From the NCBI RefSeq assembly GCF_000017845.1, contig NC_010546.1, positions 2,130,001 to 2,162,000 of the forward strand: DNA of 32,000 bases, in the 5' to 3' direction. The DNA comes from Crocosphaera subtropica ATCC 51142 (lineage in GTDB: Bacteria > Cyanobacteriota > Cyanobacteriia > Cyanobacteriales > Microcystaceae). The notes under the pieces are model-generated. The model had not been told where the DNA came from. It did no database searches and worked only from the letters and a program-made list of their open reading frames with translations. Numbering within the stretch: the stretch's first letter is position 1; every line of letters begins with the position of its first letter. A program made the position numbers and the translations under genes. Shown here piece after piece: positions 25,909 through 32,000 of this stretch.

Positions 25909-27420
25909 ATGATTGGTAAAGTTTATTTAGTGGGTTCAGGAATCGGTAATATTAATTATTTAACCTTGAGAGGATACCATCTTCTATCTCAAGCTCAAGT
26001 CTTAATTTATGATGCTTTAGTTGATCAAAAATTACTGAACTTAGTACCTGAGAGTTGTCTAAAAATTGATGTTGGTAAAAGAGCAGGTCAACCCAGTCCT
26101 CAACAAAGTCAAATTAATAGTTTGCTGCTAAACTACTGTTTACAAGGAAAACAAGTTGTTAGATTAAAAAGTGGTGATCCTTTGATTTTTGGTCGTGTTA
26201 ATGAAGAAATTAAAGCATTAGAGGAAGCTAATTGTACTTATGAATTAGTCCCTGGAATTTCATCAGCTTTAGCTGCTCCTTTATTGACAGGAATACCCTT
26301 AACTGATAAAGAAGTTGGTCGATGTTTTACGGTTTTAACCGGACATCAACCCAACTTATTAAATTGGGAAGCCTTAGCAAAAATTGATACATTAGTTATT
26401 TTGATGGGAACAAGAAACCTTGATAAAATTGTTGAGAATTTAATCAGGAACGGGCGATCGCCTGATGAACCTATTGCTATTATTCGCAATAGTGGAAGTG
26501 AGCAAGAGAAAGTTTGGATAGGGACGTTAAAGACTATAATAGAACAAGTATCAGGATTCTTTTTATCTCCCGCAATTATTATTATTGGAAACGTCGTTAA
26601 TTTACGCTATATGTCTTCCTCTATAAGCCTTCCTTTAGCTCACAAAACTGTATTAATTACCCGTGCCAAAGAACAATCAAGTCAGTTTAGTAGCCTTTTA
26701 CAACAACAGGGGGCCAATACGCTAGAAATGCCGGCGTTAGAAATTTTGCCTCCCTCTTCTTGGGAACAATTGGACTTAGCTATTGAAGCTTTATCTTCTT
26801 TTGATTGGGTAATTTTCACCTCAGCAAATGGGGTTAAGTTCTTCTTTCAACGATTACAAGAATTAGGTCAAGATATTCGTGTTTTAGGTAAGATTAAAAT
26901 TGCTGTGGTGGGTAAAAAAACAGCTTCTTGTTTAAAGCAATATCATCTCACTCCTGATTTTATTCCTCCTAATTTTATTGCAGATTCATTAATTGATTAT
27001 TTTCCTGAGAGTTTAGGTCATCAAAAAATATTATTTCCCCGTGTAGAAACAGGAGGAAGAGATATTTTAGTTAAAGAGTTACAAAAACAAGAAGCTAATA
27101 TTGTTGAAGTTCCAGCTTATCAGTCAGGATGTCCTGAAACCATTAATTCTCAAGCATGGGAAGCCTTACAAAACAAACAAGTTAATATTATTACCTTTAC
27201 CAGTTCTAAAACCGTTAAAAACTTTTATACCTTGGTTCAAAAAGCCTTAAAAACTCAGAGCAAGTCAGAGATTTTATCTCTTTTAGATAATATTTGTCTG
27301 GCATCTATTGGTCCACAAACGTCAAAAACCTGTTATGACTTATTAGGAAGAGTGGATCTAGAGGCTGAAGAATATACCTTAGATGGGTTAACTCAAGGAT
27401 TAGTTAACTATTTTAGCTAA
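25909..27420 (+). CDS. cobA: Bifunctional uroporphyrinogen-III C-methyltransferase / uroporphyrinogen-III synthase (CobA-HemD fusion)
   Basis: The N-terminal half has VYLVGSGIGNINYLTLRG and LKSGDPLIFGR (SUMT). The C-terminal half of about 260 aa has the HemD-like repeated alpha/beta pattern (VLITRAKEQSS..., FTSANGVKFF, FTSSKTVKNF). Confidence 0.8.
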   Translation: MIGKVYLVGSGIGNINYLTLRGYHLLSQAQVLIYDALVDQKLLNLVPESCLKIDVGKRAGQPSPQQSQINSLLLNYCLQGKQVVRLKSGDPLIFGRVNEEIKALEEANCTYELVPGISSALAAPLLTGIPLTDKEVGRCFTVLTGHQPNLLNWEALAKIDTLVILMGTRNLDKIVENLIRNGRSPDEPIAIIRNSGSEQEKVWIGTLKTIIEQVSGFFLSPAIIIIGNVVNLRYMSSSISLPLAHKTVLITRAKEQSSQFSSLLQQQGANTLEMPALEILPPSSWEQLDLAIEALSSFDWVIFTSANGVKFFFQRLQELGQDIRVLGKIKIAVVGKKTASCLKQYHLTPDFIPPNFIADSLIDYFPESLGHQKILFPRVETGGRDILVKELQKQEANIVEVPAYQSGCPETINSQAWEALQNKQVNIITFTSSKTVKNFYTLVQKALKTQSKSEILSLLDNICLASIGPQTSKTCYDLLGRVDLEAEEYTLDGLTQGLVNYFS

Positions 27421-27556
27421 CCTTAATTTCCACTTTTTTCTATAAAACAACCTGAACCTTCCCTTATGGTTGGGACTGACATCCCTTAATAAAAGACTTA
27501 TGCTGAAAATAGAGGGGGATAAAACCTAACCTCTAGCGCAAAGGAGGGAACAAAAA

Positions 27557-28285
27557 ATGTTAAAACTTAATCTTAAAAAATCAGGATTTTCTACACTAAG
27601 TGCGTTCTTAGTTGCTATTACCGCTTCTACTTCTTTATTACCCTTTAGTGCCGTTTCTGCTCAGCCTTTTCCTACTACTAACCCCACTGCAACAGACAAT
27701 TATCGGGTTCGTATTCCCCAAGGAACTTTAATTCCTGTTACCTATACTCAATCCCAACAAATTCGTGTTAATCAAGGAGAATATTTACCTCTAGAATTAC
27801 AAGTGTCTGCTAACCTTCGGGATAGTAATGGTAGTCTTTTAATTCCGGCCGGAACCAGAATTATGGGCCAACTCGAACCGACCGAACAAGGAACGCGGTT
27901 TGTGGCACGGGAGATGATTATTAATAATCAATGGATACCTTTGAATGCTACTTCTCAAGTCATTTCTAGGACAGAAACCGTTAACAATGGGGCAACCGTT
28001 GGAAATATCTTATCTGGAACCTTTTCCGGAGCCGGTGCTGCTACTATTATTGCAGGAACAACAGGCGATCGCCGTATTGATGCCCTAGAAGTATTAGGGG
28101 GTGCTGCTTTAGGAACCTTATTAGGATGGGGTTTACCGGAAGGTCAAATTATTGGTGGTGGAGAGCATCAAGAAGTAGTCATCGATCCTAACCGTGATCT
28201 TACCCTAACCCTTAATTCAGATTTATCTCTCATAGCTAATCAGCAAAATTTCCCCTATCGTCGTGCTTTTAATGTTCGTCGTTAA
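27557..28285 (+). CDS. Secreted hypothetical protein with a C-terminal glycine-zipper segment
   Basis: Signal peptide ...LLPFSAVSA/QP. Gly-rich segment GTFSGAGAATIIAGTTGD...LGGAALGTLLGWGL. AGGAGGG Shine-Dalgarno sequence upstream. Confidence 0.7.
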   Translation: MLKLNLKKSGFSTLSAFLVAITASTSLLPFSAVSAQPFPTTNPTATDNYRVRIPQGTLIPVTYTQSQQIRVNQGEYLPLELQVSANLRDSNGSLLIPAGTRIMGQLEPTEQGTRFVAREMIINNQWIPLNATSQVISRTETVNNGATVGNILSGTFSGAGAATIIAGTTGDRRIDALEVLGGAALGTLLGWGLPEGQIIGGGEHQEVVIDPNRDLTLTLNSDLSLIANQQNFPYRRAFNVRR

Positions 28286-28347
28286 CTCTGTTTTGGGAGT
28301 GAGGAGTGTCTAATACTAATTAGACAGTAGATAATCATCTTGAGAAG

Positions 28348-28379
28348 GCAGAGGGAGCAGAGGAAGCAAGGGGAGAAAG
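28348..28379. repeat. Purine-rich repeat arm (GCAGAGGGAGCAG..GGGGAGAAAG), the inverted partner of 28857-28880
   Basis: The 13-nt core GCAGAGGGAGCAG (28348-28360) is the exact reverse complement of 28868-28880. The adjacent GGGGAGA also matches. Confidence 0.6.
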
Positions 28380-28407
28380 AAGATTACTCTACGATGATAA
28401 GCGGATT

Positions 28408-28416
28408 TGGTATAAT
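28408..28416 (+). promoter_or_regulatory. Candidate extended -10 promoter element (TGgTATAAT)
   Basis: TGGTATAAT at 28408-28416 with a weak -35. It would drive the hairpin at 28434-28480 and the small ORF at 28564. Confidence 0.3.
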
Positions 28417-28563
28417 ATCAAACGCTTTATGTTTGCTACAAAAGACTGCAAGGGAGTGGGGAGAGAGATAATTTGTAGCATTCTTATTTCTATTGGATAT
28501 AATTTTAACCGCTTTTGGGGAATACTAACATTACCAGATTTGTGATTCCCTGAAGTAAAAATT

Positions 28564-28806
28564 ATGAAACCATTAGGATCGGTCCTATTAGTTTTAGGGT
28601 TAATTTTTGTCGGTTTTGGAGACAGTTTTTTACCCAAACCCTTAAGTACCGTGAGCAAAAATGCCCGTACCCATGTTAATAAAATTTTCCTAAGTTTTAC
28701 CCCTGATACTGACTTTGAGAAACCCAGTAAGCAACGAGAGGCACAAGTTGAAGATATGGAAGAACGGGTTAAAGGAAATCGGGATCAATTAGTCAAAGAG
28801 CGATAA
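28564..28806 (+). CDS. Small membrane-anchored hypothetical protein (80 aa)
   Basis: N-terminal TM helix LGSVLLVLGLIFVGFG followed by a charged tail. I prefer it to the overlapping antisense ORF 28389..28658. No strong Shine-Dalgarno sequence. Confidence 0.45.
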   Translation: MKPLGSVLLVLGLIFVGFGDSFLPKPLSTVSKNARTHVNKIFLSFTPDTDFEKPSKQREAQVEDMEERVKGNRDQLVKER

Positions 28807-28807
28807 T

Positions 28808-28927
28808 TGATACCAATTCTCAAAAGTTACTAGAGACTTAATTAATATTCTTTTTGCTTTATCTCCCCTGCTCCCTCTGCTTACCTCAACTAATAATCTC
28901 TATTGTTAATAAAGAGAATTGGTATGA
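28808..28927. repeat. Palindromic, MITE-like element of about 120 nt (or a long-stem bidirectional terminator) between convergent genes
   Basis: TACCAATTCTC (28811-28821) is the exact reverse complement of GAGAATTGGTA (28914-28924). The inner pair is TAGAGA (28831-28836) with TCTCTA (28897-28902). The arms are imperfect over about 30 nt, and the interior carries the CTGCTCCCTCTGC repeat arm. Confidence 0.5.
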
Positions 28928-28997
28928 GTCCTAGTATCGGGAAAAGTCCCCACATAAACTAGAGTTTGGTGAGGATCAATCCCGAATTAAACAAGAT

Positions 28998-29993
28998 TTA
29001 CTTGTCTTTTAACCAACTAAACATAGCCCGTAAATCTTTGCCCACTTCTTCAATGGGGTGTTCCGCTTCTTGACGACGCATCGCCGTAAACCCTGGTTTA
29101 CCGGATTGATTTTCTAGAACAAATTCCCGTGCAAATTGACCCGATTGAATCTCTCTAAGAATTTGTTTCATTTCGGCGCGAGTTTCATCGGTAACAATCC
29201 GAGGACCTCTGGTTAAATCTCCATATTCTGCGGTATTGGAGATACTATCACGCATTTTCGCCAGTCCTCCTTCCACAATCAAGTCCACAATTAATTTGAC
29301 TTCGTGGAGGCATTCAAAATAAGCTAATTCGGGCTGATAACCGGCTGCAACGAGGGTTTCAAACCCTGATTTAATGAGTGCCGATAAACCACCACAGAGG
29401 ACTACCTGTTCCCCAAATAAGTCCGTTTCTGTCTCTTCTCTGAAGCTGGTTTCGAGAATACCGGCACGGGTTCCTCCAATTCCTTTAGCATAGGCCATAG
29501 CGCGATCACGGGCCTGTCCACTGGCATCTTGATAAACGGCGAATAAACAGGGAACCCCTTCCCCTTGTTCGTAGGTACGGCGCACTAGATGCCCTGGTCC
29601 TTTAGGGGCAACCATTATCACATCTACGGTTTCGGGGGGAACAATTTGACCAAAGTGAATGTTAAAACCGTGAGCAAAGGATAAAACCTTACCCTCTCTT
29701 AAATTGGGTTCGATATCTTCTTGATAAACCGCTTTTTGAACTTCATCGGGCAACAAGATCATGATCCAATCAGCAGCACTGGCAGCATCAGCCACATTCA
29801 TAACTTTTAGCCCTGCATCTTCGGCTTTTTGTCGTGATTTACTGCCTGGATACAGCCCCACTACCACATTGATGCCACTATCTTTTAAATTGAGGGCGTG
29901 AGCATGACCTTGAGAACCATAGCCAATAATGGCCACAGTTTTATCTGCTAATAGATCAAGGTTGGCATCTGCGTCGTAATACATCCGAGCCAT
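28998..29993 (-). CDS. ilvC: Ketol-acid reductoisomerase
   Basis: [34 protein letters not shown], 331 aa, class I KARI. Confidence 0.95.
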   Translation of the reverse strand: MARMYYDADANLDLLADKTVAIIGYGSQGHAHALNLKDSGINVVVGLYPGSKSRQKAEDAGLKVMNVADAASAADWIMILLPDEVQKAVYQEDIEPNLREGKVLSFAHGFNIHFGQIVPPETVDVIMVAPKGPGHLVRRTYEQGEGVPCLFAVYQDASGQARDRAMAYAKGIGGTRAGILETSFREETETDLFGEQVVLCGGLSALIKSGFETLVAAGYQPELAYFECLHEVKLIVDLIVEGGLAKMRDSISNTAEYGDLTRGPRIVTDETRAEMKQILREIQSGQFAREFVLENQSGKPGFTAMRRQEAEHPIEEVGKDLRAMFSWLKDK

Positions 29994-30117
29994 GAGGCTG
30001 TCTCCTAATTTTCTTACAAACTCTCCATTATATAATCTATAGGCCCTGGGGTGCGGATTTGGGGATTTTGTAATCTTTCTTTTGTCTTTGAAAATGAAGG
30101 AACTTTTGTTATTGCAA

Positions 30118-30585
30118 TTAACTCGGATTTACCCACATCAAGGTTTGACCATATTCGACGGGTTCCCCGTTGGCTACTGCAATCTCCATCACTTCTCCAG
30201 TGACTTCGGCTTCAATTTCATTCATCAATTTCATCGCTTCGATAATACAGACGGTTTGGGTATTACTGACGCGATCGCCCACATCTACAAAAGGCGGTTC
30301 ATCGGGGGCAGGAGCGCGATAAAAAGTTCCTACCATCGGAGAAGTAATAGCCACCCATTTTTTCTCTGCTGGAGAGGGGGGGGTTTCTGGGGGTGGGGTA
30401 GGTGTGGCAGGGGCTGAAGGTGGGGCTACGGTTTCTGGGGCGATGGGGCTTAACAGTTGAGTGGTGTGGGCAACGTCTCGACGGACATTTAACTCAAAGG
30501 TTTCTGTTTTCAGGCTAACTTCGGCAATATCGGTGTGAGCGATCGCCCCTAACAAATCTCGTAGTTCATTAAAATTAATTGACAC
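30118..30585 (-). CDS. accB: Acetyl-CoA carboxylase biotin carboxyl carrier protein
   Basis: GTG start. Pro/Ala-rich linker [18 protein letters not shown]. Biotinyl-lysine motif [14 protein letters not shown]. Confidence 0.9.
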   Translation of the reverse strand: MSINFNELRDLLGAIAHTDIAEVSLKTETFELNVRRDVAHTTQLLSPIAPETVAPPSAPATPTPPPETPPSPAEKKWVAITSPMVGTFYRAPAPDEPPFVDVGDRVSNTQTVCIIEAMKLMNEIEAEVTGEVMEIAVANGEPVEYGQTLMWVNPS

Positions 30586-30650
30586 AGATTATCTATCCCA
30601 TAATCGTTGATCAAACAGAGGCTGTCTCCCTAGGGACAACCGTTCGGGCT

Positions 30651-31211
30651 TTAAGTTTCTCGTCCTAAATAGGAACCATCACGGGTATCGACTTTAATTT
30701 TTTCTCCAATGGAAATAAACAGAGGTACCATCACTTGCGCTCCTGTTTCGACAATGGCGGGTTTGGTTCCCCCGGTTGCCGTATCCCCTTTTACCCCTGG
30801 ATCGGTGTCGGTTACTTCTAAAATCACTGAGGTGGGCAGTTGTACCTCTAAGACTGTATCGTTCCAGAAGAGAACATCGGCTTCCATTTCTTCTTTGATA
30901 TAGTTGACCGTTGTTCCCATTTGTTCAGGGCTTAAACGCACTTCTTCATAGGTTTCCATATCCATAAAGACGTATTGTTCCCCTTCTTTATAGGTATGTT
31001 GCATGGTGCGTTTTTCTAAAGTGGCTTGGGGAACGGTTTCTCCTGCACGAAATGTCCGTTCAACGACACTACCTGTCTGAGCGTTTTTTAATTTGGTTCG
31101 CACGAAGGCAGAACCCTTACCTGGTTTGACGTGCAGGAATTCAACGACGCGCCATACTGAACCATCTAATTCAATGCTGGTACCAGTCCGAAAATCGTTA
31201 CTAGAAATCAT
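30651..31211 (-). CDS. efp: Translation elongation factor P
   Basis: [43 protein letters not shown], 186 aa. Sits upstream of accB, as is common in cyanobacteria. Confidence 0.95.
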   Translation of the reverse strand: MISSNDFRTGTSIELDGSVWRVVEFLHVKPGKGSAFVRTKLKNAQTGSVVERTFRAGETVPQATLEKRTMQHTYKEGEQYVFMDMETYEEVRLSPEQMGTTVNYIKEEMEADVLFWNDTVLEVQLPTSVILEVTDTDPGVKGDTATGGTKPAIVETGAQVMVPLFISIGEKIKVDTRDGSYLGRET

Positions 31212-31296
31212 GAAAGGCTTTTAGAGCTTAGAAAGTCAAGATTTATTTTACAAGAGTTTGGCAACCCTGAGGTTAATTACCTCATATCTATTAACA

Positions 31297-32000
31297 TTAT
31301 TGAGACACTCTAGCGACGATCGCCCGATGTCTAGGACTGATAGGGGTAATTTTCGGGGGGTTAAACCCTGCTTCTTGTAGGGCTGTTTCTATATCTAAGG
31401 CAAAATATTGATCGAGATAGGGTTCGGTGCTTTTGAGTAGGGTTAAGATGTAGGGGGGCATTTTTTGGTAGGCTTCGGCACGGGGGTTCATGTCCATCAT
31501 GGTAAAGTATCCCCCAGGTTTAAGGAGGCGACGGGCTTCTTTAAAGATGGCGATCGCTGCTGTTTGGGGGAGTTCGTGGTACAACAAAAAGGCTGACACG
31601 AGATCAAAAGAGGTTTCGGGTAAGTTGGTGGCTTCGGCTGCCCCGTGTACCCAGTCAATAGCTAGGTTCCGTTCTTGACTACGGTAATGGGCAACGGCTA
31701 AATGATAGGCTGATAGGTCTAATCCTGTTACCTTTGCGTCGGGGTACATTGCTTGAAGGGGGAAGGTACTCATGCCAACACTACAACCCATGTCTAAAAT
31801 CCTCTGAGGTGTTGAGGATAGCTGTTGTTTCAGAATTTCATGATAATTGTGTCGTAAACGGGGATCTCCATTTACCCCTGCTCCTGGCCAAATACTAGCA
31901 TGAACGGCATAAGCAGCAGATTCTACTTCCAGGGCTGACTCCCAACTTAAATTTCCTGTTTCATAACCATGAAAGGAACACACATAATAATCAGGATAGA
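31297..32000 (-). CDS. Class I SAM-dependent methyltransferase; the 5' end lies beyond the window
   Basis: Motif I ILDMGCSVGMST and LLKPGGYFTMMD. The reading frame stays open past the track's internal Met (31983) to base 32000. Confidence 0.8.
   Translation of the reverse strand, partial: YPDYYVCSFHGYETGNLSWESALEVESAAYAVHASIWPGAGVNGDPRLRHNYHEILKQQLSSTPQRILDMGCSVGMSTFPLQAMYPDAKVTGLDLSAYHLAVAHYRSQERNLAIDWVHGAAEATNLPETSFDLVSAFLLYHELPQTAAIAIFKEARRLLKPGGYFTMMDMNPRAEAYQKMPPYILTLLKSTEPYLDQYFALDIETALQEAGFNPPKITPISPRHRAIVARVSQ

Noticed and set aside
28295-28325. The minus strand reads ACUCCUCAC next to a 7-bp hairpin (28308-28325), reminiscent of the cyanobacterial sRNA Yfr1 motif ACUCCUCACAC
   Set aside because: The match is incomplete (..CACUCCC, not ..CACAC). 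There is no 3' terminator hairpin or U-tract on that strand, and the sequence would run antisense into the upstream coding region. More likely it belongs to the local GGGAG-rich repeat family or is a weak terminator for 27557..28285.
28389-28658. 89-aa minus-strand ORF overlapping the promoter/hairpin region and the start of the small plus-strand ORF
   Set aside because: It is a basic, low-complexity product with no start context. It spans the hairpin and the TGgTATAAT element. The plus-strand ORF, with a clean TM helix, is the more plausible coding reading, though neither is certain.
29994-30629. The identical 12-mer GAGGCTGTCTCC occurs at 29994-30005 (abutting the ilvC start) and at 30618-30629 (accB leader)
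   Set aside because: Tens of exact 12-mer coincidences are expected by chance in a 32-kb window when both strands are considered. There is no surrounding similarity.
17521-31678. Short ORFs 17521..17805+, 20857..21042+, 23527..23709-, 23620..23913+, 23942..24148-, 30082..30417+, 30709..30903+ and 31490..31678+
   Set aside because: Each overlaps a confidently recognised gene (pentapeptide protein, ferredoxin, DUF1622-like protein, queD, accB, efp, methyltransferase) in another frame or strand. For example, 30082..30417 is the Gly/Trp-rich antisense of the accB Pro-rich linker.
1-32000. CRISPR arrays, tRNA/rRNA genes, and recognisable phage-defence or toxin-antitoxin modules
   Set aside because: There are no regularly spaced direct repeats and no GC-rich structured RNA-sized blocks in the intergenic DNA, apart from the 6944-6998 hairpin. 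No gene products carry defence-system signatures. YraN is a widespread housekeeping-type UPF0102 protein.

Overview
This is a cyanobacterial chromosomal segment. It is AT-rich, carries HIP1 (GCGATCGC) palindromes, and has an efp-accB pair, ilvC and a photosystem-II-associated 'pap'-type operon. It looks like a unicellular Cyanothece/Crocosphaera-type genome, but I cannot verify that without a search. All calls come from reading the sequence and the translations; no searches were run.

Layout:
(1) 1-3.9 kb, minus strand: the 5' part of a very large extracellular protein gene with G8, beta-helix, PKD and cadherin-like domains. The supplied ORF track misses it because its stop codon lies outside the window.
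(2) 4.2-17.5 kb: an ABC-transporter-dependent surface-glycan (O-antigen/EPS type) island. It holds wzm-wzt, a degenerate IS element, two methyltransferases, a pyruvyl transferase, one GT2 and two GT4 glycosyltransferases, an orphan ORF, a UDP-sugar 4-epimerase and an O-antigen-ligase/polymerase-family membrane protein. It is almost free of HIP1 sites.
(3) 17.5-18.6 kb: a pentapeptide-repeat protein and YraN.
(4) 18.7-23.4 kb, minus strand: a compact 8-gene operon in the order V4R / repeat protein / phycobiliprotein-like / V4R / 2Fe-2S ferredoxin / phycobiliprotein-like / 2Fe-2S ferredoxin / TPR. This is the domain order I recall for Synechocystis slr0144-slr0151. The biochemistry of that system is unresolved, and it is the most interesting system in the window.
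(5) 23.6-28.8 kb: a DUF1622-like membrane protein, queD, a Ser/Thr kinase, a cobA-hemD fusion, a secreted Gly-zipper protein and a small membrane ORF embedded in repeat-rich DNA.
(6) 29-32 kb: core genes ilvC, accB, efp and a partial methyltransferase.

No rRNA, tRNA or CRISPR array was seen.

The most notable small-scale oddity is a 52-nt GC-rich nested hairpin inserted into the IS transposase gene. It is flanked by identical GGT codons, and removing it exactly would restore one intact transposase reading frame.
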